From: Callorhinchus milii
Taxonomy: Eukaryota
Assembly (NCBI RefSeq): GCF_018977255.1
Contig: NW_024704743.1
Location: 19,780,001 to 19,844,000 of the forward strand
Length of the DNA stretch: 64,000 bases
Direction: 5' to 3'
Shown here: one piece after another, positions 38,011 to 49,994 of the stretch
How positions within the stretch are numbered: position 1 is the first letter of the stretch
Layout: each line of letters begins with the position of its first letter
Position numbers and translations under genes: made by a program
Notes under the pieces: generated by a model
Database searches by the model: none
Seen by the model: the letters and a program-made list of their open reading frames with translations, nothing else
What the model was told of the DNA's origin: nothing

Positions 38011-39833
38011 CACCAGTGTAGAGTCAGAGTTAGAATTTTATTTTTCACACAGAGCTTTTTCACACTTTTAATGTTCTTTAATAACATTAATATTTCAGAG
38101 TTCCTTGATGCAATATGGAGCAAGATTACAAATTCAGTTTCCCAATTCACATCGCTTTCTTTCAGAGAGACCATTCAATATCCAACTTCTGTGCTGTTAT
38201 TAACAAACTTTAGATTTCGGCACTCAATGCCCTTTACATTGTTATCTTTATTCAGATGTATTACTCAGTGCTTCCATTTCCTAATGCTTACCATTGTACA
38301 AAACCCTAATTTCCATTAACTTCATGGGACCAATTTATTTTAGCGGTTTTGGATTTATTTGTTTTGCTGTTTATATGATTTGCAACTAATTGCATTACTT
38401 GGGATTTTACGCTGGAGGTTTACAAAACAATAGAGTGGCCGAGTTCATGAAAGTATCAGCAGGCAGTATTACATATTGATGGGCCACTGGTTCCATTAGT
38501 TTTCAATAGGAGGTCTGGTTGAGAGGTCAGGCATTTCCCTCTAGAGGGAAGAGGAAATTGATGGATGAATAATCACAAACCATTACTGATAACCAAGTAC
38601 CTGAAGTTCTTCTGGACTCAACTATAAGCATTACTGTACTAAAGTTTGACATTATACTAAACTTTGGAAAATTTGGAAATCTTTTTTCTGTTATCACCAG
38701 TTCACAAGGTTGGTTTGGATGAAGACGGCCCTTTGGCCCATCTGCACTCCCCAAGACCCTACTCTTCAACCATGCCTTCGGCCACCCTCTCTGCCCTCCA
38801 CCTTCCCTGATCCCAAACATCACCCACCCCCCCCCCCCCCCACCCACCAGGTCCTAATCGTCGACTGTTCAGTGCCTTGGGACGTCCTCTCAATATGAAA
38901 GGGACTTTACAAATGTAATTTTGTATTGTACTGTATCATTGCAGAATACCATCAGTCCATTTTCCTGGCAGCATCCACCCTGTCCCAGTTATGAATTAGC
39001 CTCTGAGAAAATAAAAATGTCCTGATATTTGTCCTGAAATTGCCCTTCACAACCCTAAACCTATGACCTCTCATTCTACTGTCTTGAAGCATCCTACTGT
39101 AATGTTTTCATTAAATTTCCTGTGAGCAGAGTTTTTCATTTGTTGCGATGGGAACTACTATTGTGAGCCTGTACTCTGCATAGTCTTTTTTTATATTATA
39201 ATAATAATAATCTTCGAGATGTGAAAAGCTTCTAATTGCATTGCTGGGGATTTCACTCTGGAGTAAAATCAGTAAACTATTTTACTCTGGAGGTTTACAT
39301 TACAATAGCATTGTAAAATTTTCAATACTATTTAAAATTCAAAATTTTCCAAAGTTTTGTACTCTTTTAAACTTTAGTACAGTAATGTTTATGGTTGAGT
39401 CCAGAAGAATTTCGGATACAAACAAGATTGGTTTGGATGAAGACGGCCCTTTGGCCCATCTGCACGATCCAAGATTAGTTTGAAAATCATTTTATTGATG
39501 TTTCTCAGACAAGTGCTTTACTGGAAGTCTCCCAACGAGGCCTTTCTGAAGATGGATATTATGGTGTTTTGTAGGAAGACTAATTTCATTTTCAGCTTAC
39601 TCTATCACTGGATGCAATTCATACAAGAACAAAATTGTATCATGTAAATAAATTCTCAGAGTGATTCCAGTTCCAAACGTTCACTATAAAAATAATAATC
39701 CATCTAAAAGAGTGTCTTCAGAGTTGTTCTGGGATGCTGCCCTGTGTGAGCAGTGTTATATAACTGCAAGTTGTTGTTACTGATTGGTAGACTCTACCAT
39801 GTATCTATCTTCGAATGGATGGAAGCTTTAAAG

Positions 39834-39960
39834 CAATGATGGCCAACCTCTTTGGTTGGCCAACAAAATAAATGTTTCTTGATTGAATATTTCTTGATGT
39901 GTGGTATAAATCTACGCTATTTTGTTTTTCTGATTATTTTGTTGGCCAACTCAAAAGCTG
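39834..39960. mobile_element. hAT-like MITE (127 bp) with 8-bp TSD
   Basis: Flanked by ctttaaag at 39826-39833 and 39961-39968; starts caatgatggccaacc and ends ctg; internal IR gttggccaacaaaataa / ttattttgttggccaac. Confidence 0.7.
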
Positions 39961-40129
39961 CTTTAAAGCAATACTTGCTTCCAAAAACAGAATAAAAGGT
40001 ATGTTGTGTCCTCGTGCCAAGTTTAATAAAAATCGCAATGTTTGGTGCAAAGCTCTAATGGTGTTCCTCGATGGACAAGCAGCTTGAAGCGTGACAGATT
40101 GTGCTTTCTATAGACAGTTGTGCAGTTTT

Positions 40130-40430
40130 AGCTGGTTAAACTCCAGCAGTACGCCAACGAACACTCTAGGGCCCCCAAACCTTGGCTCTAGCCAACCTGC
40201 GCCTAATGCATCAGTTGGCAATGGGCCTAATATTACTATAACAATAATAATATTCTCCAGAATTAGGTGACCAGAGTGCCTCCCTCCATGGAGAGAGAGT
40301 GCACATTACATTCCAGACACAGAAATTTCCATTTGTGGGTGGCAAACATGTCACTCTCAGTCTGGCTTCGATACTCTTGGTTTGGTTTCGATACTCTTAA
40401 GGATGGTGATGGGTTTCTGCATGTGCCATG
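40130..40430 (+). repeat. Unclassified old dispersed repeat (copy 4 of 4)
   Basis: gttaaactccagcag...ccttggctctagccaacct...ccagacacagaaatttccatttgt...gatactcttaaggatggtgatgggtttctgcatg. Confidence 0.65.
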
Positions 40431-41121
40431 GTTCATCAAAATAAAATAGTAAATCTGATTTCCAGCTCATATTTATACTCTGGTGAGCACTCTCTTAAAA
40501 TGAGCCTCTGAGTAGATTAAATTCAATGTCCTGATTCATCATATTCAATATTTACCAGATTTTTCATATAGATCAAGAAGAGGTTCACACCTATTTAGTT
40601 AATTAATGAAAACATACTACAATCCATGACATGTTCGATATATCACTTTGATGTAAGACTTTGATATATCAAAAATATCTGAATTCAATTTGCGTTATTC
40701 CATTGGTTGGTTGCAGATAGCTTCCCATATAATTTTATACAACAGTTTTAAAAATAGCCACAAAAGTGTCACAGTACTCATTGAAGTCACATCAGATTCA
40801 GAGTTCCCAACAACAGATACAGAGACTTATCTTTCCAGGCCTTTGCCTGACACTGTATTTAGACTTGGACATATGGGATACTCCAGTCAGTGACGCAGTG
40901 CATCATTGTTTTACTTTTCAACACAGTTCCTGAGGACAGCCATGCACCACTAATTGTACTGACAGCAGCCAACTACCTGCCTGAAGGAGTATTCAGGCAA
41001 GTTTATGAAGGACTGCATTTGACAGAATGTAACCACATCTTTCCTCTTGTACAACTACAAATGTATAAGGTGATTAAACATCTGACATATGTCATGATGA
41101 AAATGAATGGCCTAGAAGCAT

Positions 41122-41348
41122 ATAATAATAATAATAATCCTTGCATTTGATATAGCGCTTTTCACATCTTCTCGACATCTCAAAGCACTTCACAGAATAG
41201 ACTGTAAAGTGAATTGACCATATTTTGGAGGGATTATTATTAGGTGTGTGGAGTAAGGAAACATACCCAAGGTTTTGCCCTGCCTGGAATTGAACCCAGG
41301 TGTCTCACTTACAAGACGAGTGCTCTAACCACTGAGCTACAGGACTCC
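41122..41348 (-). mobile_element. SINE family A, internally deleted subfamily
   Basis: Junction ccttactccacacacct|aataataatccctc; intact head and tail. Confidence 0.85.
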
Positions 41349-41745
41349 ATGAATGCATTATATAAAAGAAACACACAGAGTAAAATCACAAATATTTTTC
41401 ATACTCAAACAATAATGGACTACTTTTTTTATCATTAAGAACTTAATTGAAAGGCAATAGTACAGTACATCACCAAGGTTGAACAGGATAGTGGGAAAGC
41501 AAGATAAATCAAGAAGAAATGATGTCAAGCTTGGGTTAGCAGCTCGACGATTGGAAGGGAAAGAAAGAGGTTATAGAAGAGACCAGTTCAACACTCCTAA
41601 GGTCCTGAGAGAGAATGAGTCTGAGTAGGAACTAGCACAATGAGTTTTGACTACAACACAATTAGGATATACAACCATTAACTTATAAATTGTTTACACT
41701 TGATTCTAATGTGAAACAATTTCTAACAGAATCATTAATCACATA

Positions 41746-41933
41746 TTGGGGTCTAATTTATGAGTATTTCCTAAGAGATCTTTAATAAAAAAAAACGTAA
41801 TTATCAAATTTCTAAAACGTTGCCTATGCTTTAGAATGAATCAGTTCCTCAGTATCTCAAATATTCTCAAAATATGATTATTACACATTTCCTATTCAGA
41901 AATCTGTTAAGAAATACTGCAAATTAGACCCAA
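41746..41933. mobile_element. Palindromic MITE-like element
   Basis: TIRs ttggggtctaattt..gagtatttcctaagagat / atctgttaagaaatactgcaaattagacccaa; a left-end copy also occurs at ~5265. Confidence 0.65.
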
Positions 41934-43929
41934 CTGTGTGTGTGTGTGCCACAAGCCTCCTACATTCCATTAATACTGATAGATTCATTAAACTGGAAAT
42001 AATTATAGAACGATTAGTCAAATCACCAAAGCCATAACAGATTAATTTAATCTTTTTCAACTATGGCAGTATTCCCTCAAAGAAGTGACTGGATTGTTTG
42101 AAAGCCACGGATTGAATTTTTATTTTTTTTAAGTCTGCTGGACCATATCTGATGATAATGAATAATTCATGATCTCATTGTTTACATTTATTCCCCAGAC
42201 CCTTCCCTAATAAAACTCTTTACACACACAACTATTTCAAACTGACTTCCTAATTAAGACTGAACTGAGGAATTTTCCAAACTTTTGCACATTATTACAT
42301 CTTAAGCGCTCTAGGACGCTACCCCGTATGAAGGGTGCTATATAAATGCAAGTTGTTGTTGTTTTAGGACAACTGTGTTAAGGCATCCCATTTTGGACAA
42401 CTGGTTATTGATGAGTTCATAATCATTTAACCTTTAATGTTGACATTTAATTCTTTAGTGTTATTCTACAATTAGAGTCAACTTTAATGGACAATTTTAA
42501 ATGAAAAAAAGGCATTTACTTTTCTTCTAGTTTGTAGTTCCTAACTGGTTCCAGTCTACTAGAGGGGGCCTGATTGAGGTATACAAGGTTTTACGTGAGG
42601 TTGAGAAAGTTAAACCCAGATTAGTACAGGATAGACAGTCAATAAAGATATTACTCCAGTTGCTGCCAGTGTTTCAGTGTAAGCAGTGGGGAAAGATTTT
42701 CTGTTCACCCATCATTTACTCCCACAGACAATCTAACGAAGAGCATGAAACAGCTCCCTCCTACCAGGGAAACGTTCAGATTCAGAATTGAATGAGTTTT
42801 TCCTGTTTGTATGAAAGACCCAAAGCTCTAATACTGTGGGCATCATACAACAATACAATATACATGTTCTTCATAGCTCGCTGAGAGAGATTGTGTGCTT
42901 TTTCTCAGTGGTCCTAATCTGACCATTAATGTAATGTAAAAGGGCACATTCCAGCAGCTTGTGCACCAAACGCCTCCAGTAAGTCGAGTCAGGTGATTTA
43001 TTTTACATGTAAACAATCAGACATTTCTACTTCAAATGGTGTGGGAGATTATTGGAATTGACTGCCCAGGGAAGCAGTGCAGCTAGATTGTGTTAGCAAA
43101 TTCAGTTGGGAATTAGATAGCTATTTGGCAAATAAATCAACTGAAGCATATGAGCCACAAGTAATGTAAGATTATTTATTTATATTTACTTTGGGACCAG
43201 CTGAATGGACCACATTGGTCCTTTTCAAGCTTAGACAAATTATTTTTACTTAGACAGAGACATCATCAGATGCATCATTCACCTCACTGGTTCCCTTTAT
43301 TAGACACTTGTGCTATTTCATCAGCTGTTCATCCTGAGATAACAGAATCTCTTTGGAAGTACAATTCTTCATTTTAAGTCAGATGTATTCAACCCTTTGG
43401 TGCACATGTCATCTCCTAATTCAACATGTCACTGCTTTGCGCCCTAGCTCTTTATGTGGAGGGATCCACTTCCTGGAATTCAGAAAAACACAGGTCAGAA
43501 AAACACAGGTCAGTAGTTCTGTCCACAACAATTCATCTCACCTTCCAAGCAACAAATTTGGTCTCTGAATGTGCCAAATTAAAACTCAATGTGATTTATC
43601 ACACTTCATTTTCTAGAGCTATCACTATATTGAATTATATTGGGAATTCCCATGATAAACATGTAAGAAAAATAAGTAATAATCACATTCTTTCAATCTT
43701 TCAAATTTTTCCATGTCAAGCGCCCAATCTATTTCTGTGATCTCCTAGAGTATTACTCTTTGCCCACTCTCTCTCTCTGTCAACTTAGACCTGCTCCATG
43801 TCCTCCACCCCTGCACCTTTTCCCCACTCTCTGGAACTCTCACTAAATTCCTCTGCTTTGAACTCTCCTTCCCCACTCTCAAAATGTTTCTGAAAACATA
43901 CCTCTTTAATTGTGTTTTCAGTTAGCACA

Positions 43930-44790
43930 CAAGATGACAAGAGCAATTCGGATAAAGCGGACCCTTTGGACCATCTGATCTCACACTTAACCTACCGTTC
44001 TCCTATCACAGTTTCAACCTGTTTTTTAAATGAATCAAGTGTCCTGGCTTAGTTTCTAATTAGCCTCCGGGTAAAGAAATACTTCCTGGTGTCTGTCCTA
44101 AATTTGCCCTTTGCAATCCTAAACCTATGTTATCTTGTTCTGCTGTCACAATCCATAGTCTAGCATAGCCTAGCATCATCCTGTTTGCCTGATTTATTGC
44201 TGCATCACACTTTTTTGACATGCCAGATGGTGAGCCAACTAACATCCCTAGTTACAATAAAATACAATTTACAAGGCGTCTTTCATATCCGGAGGACATC
44301 TCAATGCAATTCATAGAGCTGGATAGGCTCCTGAGATGAGAGTGGGAGCTGAAGGGGGTGGGGTGGGGAGGGGAAAGATGACTTAAAGCACCGTCAAAGA
44401 ATTATGTTTTGAAATGTGCCTTGAAAGAAGGAAAGGGGCTCCAGGAATTCCAGAAATCAGGGGTAATTCCAGAGTGGGGGAACAGATCTCTCTCAGCTTT
44501 CCCATTGGCAAGTTATATTTCATCTACGGAGTACCTGTGTTTTTTTATTCTTAAGTCAATGCACTTCATTTGCCAGTCTTCAGCCCACGTACATTTCATA
44601 TCATATCAAGCACTATTTACAAGACCTTTGCTGTCTCCTCTGATTCCAGTTTCCCCCAACTTGGTGTCAACTGCAAACTTAACTACCTTACACTGCTCTT
44701 GTCCTTAATTCTCAGTAACATCAGTCTGTGAACAAATCTTTCAGGTTATATTTTGCAAAACGCCTTTTGAAAGTCTAGATACACGTATAT
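43930..44790 (-). mobile_element. Decayed CR1 fragments interrupted by an L2 tail (~44255-44480)
   Basis: Minus strand gives MSKKCDAAINQANRMMLG and aagtttgcagttgacaccaagttggg (KFA.DTKLG). Confidence 0.6.
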
Positions 44791-44904
44791 TTTACATAGA
44801 CTGTACAGCACAGAAACAAGCAATTCAGCCCAGATAGTCCACACCAGTATTTTTATTCCGCAGGAGTTTTCCTAATTACAAAGGGAAAGCATTGTTTTTA
44901 ATTT

Positions 44905-45225
44905 GGTCAGCGGGGTTTCTGATCAATTGCTTTGCTCCATAAGCCTCTGTTTACCTAGCAGTAAAGTAAGAACCTGATTGTTAGGAGATTGTTGGAGTCG
45001 CTTTTCTGGGGGTATTAATACCTTAAAAAAATTAAATAATAATCAGAATCATTTGGTCACTTGATCCACAACTGTTTATGGGACACTGCTGTGCATAATT
45101 AGCTGCTGCATTTCACACACAAAATATACAGTCAATTCACATTACAGTATATTCGGTGAAGCGCTTTGTGACGTCTCAACAATGTGAGAAGGCGCTATAT
45201 CAAATTCACGTATTATTATATTACT
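44905..45225 (+). mobile_element. SINE family A, 5'-degraded
   Basis: gcctctgtttacctagcagt...ggacactgctgtgcataattagctgc...gcgctatatcaaatt. Confidence 0.8.
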
Positions 45226-45944
45226 ATTTTCCACTCTAAGGATTTCTTCCAATCCTCTCCTTATTGTGAAAAGATGCCTTCATTCACTGAGTGCCTCGCC
45301 CACCCTGGCAGACTGTGAATAAGAACTCTGGAAAACAGAGCTTGAAGCTGCTTTGGTCTGTAATGCTATGCTTGGATGCTCCAGTCTGCAGTCCACTTTG
45401 CACCCAGTCCACATTTCACCTTTGCACCTCATGTTTATCAATTTCTACAGTGTGCATTAATTTATTAAAGGGATTTTTGCTCTTTAAAGCATTTTTTAAA
45501 ACAGGTTTTATTTATTTATCAGAGTTAAAAGGAATATCAATGTGCTGCTGTAGGCACCGTAATACATTGGCTGTTTAACAGTCTGTGCCATGAAGCAGCA
45601 GGATGCAGATTTGTCTGCAATTTTCTGCTTGCTGAATTTCTTATTTCAGATGGGCTATCAAGGGAAGATGTCTCGCAGAAGTAAAGACAGTTTCATAAAG
45701 GGCAACTCAGCGAGGTGCCTTGACACAAGGAAACCCATCACCTTGCATAAGACTATCCAAACCAGACTGAAAATAACACATATGCATAGTTCTATATACT
45801 GTACCTGGCAATCATCTATTGTGGAGGAGCATTTGCAAAGCATGGTTATAAACCAAACTATAGCTGTCAGCTTGGCTGGTAGCAGGCTTGTCTTTGAATC
45901 AAAAAGGTGTGCATTCAAGCCCTACATCAGGACTCTGAAATCAA

Positions 45945-46240
45945 ATAGTCTGACACTCCCATGTAGTTCTTGGGGAATGCTGCATTGTTAGAGGTGCCAT
46001 CCTTGAGACACTAAACTTGATCCTATCTGCTTGTTCAGGAGGATGATAAAAATTCCATGGCACTACTTGATTGGTGTCCTGGCCAACAATCTCCCAGTTA
46101 ATGGCTGTTTGTGAGACACTCCTGTGCGCAAATTGGCTGCTGCTTTTCACCTACAAAATACACAATCACTACATATTACTGTGAAGCGGTTTGAGACACT
46201 TTCACAGTGTTTACCAAATGTAAGAAGTGTTCTGATTATT
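45945..46240 (+). mobile_element. SINE family B, headless
   Basis: ctgacactccc...gctgcattgttagaggtgccatcc...tcctggccaacaatc...gcgcaaattggctgc. Confidence 0.8.
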
Positions 46241-46725
46241 AAGTTTAGAATTTGAGATGGAGAGTTTCATAAAGGGTAACTCAGCTAGGTGCCTTGAGAT
46301 TTAGGAACTTTTACTCTAGTTATGCCACCTTTTATATGGCAGTGCTTTAGACTTTGCCTGTTGTTCTTATCCATTCTGGTCAGTATTGAAAAGCAAAAAA
46401 TTTTTTCTCAATAAAAGCAAATAATTAAGAAAAGAGTATAATGTCACATACTGTGAAGGGCTTGCATGTATATTTTTGTGATGATTAATATACAGGGCAT
46501 AACAACTATGATTTGCTGTTTTATGAGTGAACAGAAGGTGAGCGTGAGTGATTTTCACACTCTCAAGAGTGTAGTTGAGACAGTTGAAAATTATTGGCTC
46601 TCTGGGGTTAGAGAAATGTAATAATTTGATAAATCATGAATATTCTTTGCAGCTGCCAAGATAGACATTGATCTTTCGATCTTCCTCCCTACTCTCCCCC
46701 AGTGTACAGTGTGGAGGCTCACACA

Positions 46726-47100
46726 TAATAATAATCCTTGCATTTGATATAATAATAATTCTTGCATTTCTTATAGAACCTTATCACGACTTAGAGACGT
46801 TTCAAAGCACTTCACAGGATATATTGTAAAGTGAATTGACTATATTTCGTGGGCGAAACTTGGCAGCCAATTACGTACAGCAGTGTCCCACAAACAGTCA
46901 TGGATTGAGTGACCAAATTATTATTATTTCTTTTTGAAGGAATTATTAACCCTGGAAAAATAATCCGCCAATTGATTAACAACCAGGTTCCTACTTATTG
47001 CTAGGTAAACAGGCATGTGGAGTAAGGAAACTTGCCCGGGAATCGAACCCAGGTCCTCTCACTTGCAAGACAAGTGTTCTAACTGATACACTATAGGACT
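46726..47100 (-). mobile_element. SINE family A with duplicated 3' tail
   Basis: Two successive ataataat(c/t)cttgcattt units at 46726-46770; full body; partial head. Confidence 0.85.
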
Positions 47101-47129
47101 TGACATGAAAAGAAGCGACAAGGTCGAGA

Positions 47130-47500
47130 TACAACAATAACAACAACAACAAGATTGCATTTATAGAGCGCCTTTCACGTCGGGAGGACGTCCCAAGGTG
47201 CTGGACAGTTGGGTCGGGACCCGAGCAGGGGGGAAATGGTCAGGATGAGGGAAGGGAAGGGAGGGAGCGAGGAGGGGTAGAGAGTCGAGAGGGGAGGTGA
47301 AGGCACGGTTGAAGAGAAAGGTCTTGAGACCGGCCTTGAAGGAGGAAAGGGAGGAAGCAAGGCGAAGGCACTGGGGGATGGAGTTCCAGAGCCTAGGGTC
47401 TGAGAGGCTGAAAGCCCGGCCACCAATGGTAGGGCGGTTAGGGCGGGGGATGTGGAGCAGACCGGAGTCAGAGGAATGGAGGGTACGGGCAGGTACTGAG
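47130..47500 (-). mobile_element. Young L2 3' fragment
   Basis: Open frame PARTLHSSDSGLLHIPRPNRPTIGGRAFSLSDPRLWNSIP..LSSFKAGLKTFLFNRAF; intact stem-loop and (TTG)n. Confidence 0.92.
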
Positions 47501-49796
47501 ATACTGAAGGGATGCTCTCTTGCAACCACAGCACAGATTGAAAGAAAACCAAAATGTCTCAATGTACCTTTAATAACAAAATACCAAATTATCTGCCCCA
47601 ATATCTGCCCCAATAGTAACCTCATTGATTCTCAAATAGTGCTAGCTAATGATGGGCAAAGATGGGTGACCTCAATTGGCTGGAAGTATTATCTACATTA
47701 AAATTTCAAGGCTCCTGGTCCACCAAACAGTACTTAGTGAGGGCAGCTGTACAATCAAATCATGACCAATGTATCACACGTTCGACTGGCCACTTCAGGG
47801 TCTAATACGCATTACAGTGAAGTATTATTGACACAGATCACAGCATCATTATTTAAATATATTACATGTAGAATAAATGCTTTGATTAACTAGGCTAGAT
47901 TGCTGCGGATGTCTTTAACTGATCTTAGTTAAGCGTTATTCAGCCATCGAGGCCATTTCAGCCACCCATTGTGCTGACTGAAAAGTATTTGTTACAGCAC
48001 AGAGTTCTGGCCACTGGGAAGCACGTTCTGAAGTTTGCATTTGAAACCAACCCATAATTAACAGAAACTGGAGCGCATTATGTATTCTCCACGAACCACA
48101 TTGTGCTCTCACCACAAATTACTGCACAGTAGTACCATCTTACTCTGTCTGTAAGTATAGCCCCAGTTTAACATTGGTTTATGTCGACAAGTGGAGGGCA
48201 AGAGTATTTGTATAGCTTAAGACTCTGAATAGAATAGTTTAGTCTGGTCACAAAGAAAATGCTGAATGCCTTCGTTTGGGAGCTCACTGGCAATGAACAA
48301 TTAATTTGCATTATTGCTAATAAACAACATAAATCCATATCTGTTTCACAACATTGTTTATTATCAGTAGTGCTGACATGATGAATTAACCAATTATATG
48401 TCTCTATTTAATATTCCTGCCTTATGATTCAGTGCTTCTCTCTGAAGCAGGAATAGCACAGTATTTTATATTAACAACTACATTTATATATTTAAAACAA
48501 ATGTAAGATAAACTGCAAGTCAATTAATTGTGAGACTTTCCCTTAGAAGATCTCAGGAAATCAGCTGGCTGAAAGGATGAAGCAATTCATTATTTTGTCA
48601 GTTGAAGTTGTTCCATTTGGTTAAACAAAGCTTTCTGCAAGCTGGACAGAGCGTATTGCCTGGCACGTGAAGAAACCAGAGAAAGCATTTCAGCTCTCAG
48701 CCTTATTTCACACTTGCTGTGAGTCGAATTAATTGCAATCTTCAATTACTCATGGGTTTCCTTCATTAATTCTTGATTTCTTGTGACCTTAAGTGTGATA
48801 CTCCTGTGTGCTCAAAGCAAATGAGAAAATGGCAGGAAAATTCAGACCATGTAAATTTGCTGTGCTGCAAAAATACATCCAATTAATTTTTCATTTCAAA
48901 TGGATTAACTTCTTCCCACTTCGGTTTCAAATGCAATCACTTAATCTTTAAACTCCGTCATTTCTGTTATTTAAATGAAATCTCAACCAAACAGCATTTG
49001 GTTTTAATTCTAACAGCAAATTGGTTGGTTATTAACCCTTAGCTTGCCGGTAAGTGTATAAATTGGTGCCAAAGTGATTATTTGCTAAAATCACAAATAA
49101 CAAACCTTCTCAACTGTAAGGAATTGCTCTACTAAAGTAAGTAAATATTAAGCAAAATTAAACGCTGTAAAATGTAAAATGTAACTAACGGTAAAGCATT
49201 TAAACTGGGCTCATCTGGTTATCCCTTTCCACCTTGTATCCTTTACACTCTCTGTCCTACTTTTTTTATAACCTCTGCTCTCAGTTCCACCTTCATAGAT
49301 CCATCCTTTCCTGATTTCATTCTTACTGAAATAGTGTTTCCATAGATTTGTTCTGAATTTACTCCCTTCAATCACAGGCCGTGTCCTCTGGGTTTATTAT
49401 TTTGGACTAATTGAAACAGCCTTTCATGATTTACAGTTAGAACATGTGCTCTGAATGTAAACAGCTTTGAGGGAGGATTGATTACTCCCTAGATTCCAAT
49501 ACCACCTGGAGCTACAACTCGATCACTTTAGGGTTGAAGTAGCTGTTTCACTGAATTTCACCTTGTTCGATCTTTTATAGGCAATTGCTCTCTCTCTCTC
49601 TGGAGATTAACAAAGCCCATAGATTAACAACGATCATGGGAATTGTAGATGGTGCTTTGCAGACGGCAAGTCACTGTTCTGACAGCCACTTCTAATTTGT
49701 GAATGAACCTGGCATCATTCACTATGAAATTTTTAAATCAAAGAATTGGGGGGTGGGGTTTGAAAGCAAAACTGCTGGGATTGCAACTTATCGCAA

Positions 49797-49994
49797 TAAC
49801 AATCCCTCCAAAAAAAAAATTGGTCATTTTCAATCCACGACTGTTTGTGGGACACTGCTGTGCGCAATTGGCTGCTGCGTTTCGCCCACAAATATACGGT
49901 CAATTCACTTTACAGCATATTCTGTGAAGCACTTTGAGCCATCTAGAAGATGTGAAAAACACTATATCAAATGCAAGGATTATTATTATTATTA
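49797..49994 (+). mobile_element. SINE family A 3' half
   Basis: aatccacgactgtttgtgggacactgctgtgcgcaattggctgc...aaatgcaaggattattatt. Confidence 0.88.

Noticed and set aside
43480..43513. 15-bp tandem duplication (similar ones near 28137 and 47590)
   Set aside because: Ordinary slippage duplications with no functional indication
45590..45991. 133-aa plus-strand ORF
   Set aside because: Non-ATG-supported context is unremarkable, it runs into a SINE, and no domain is recognised
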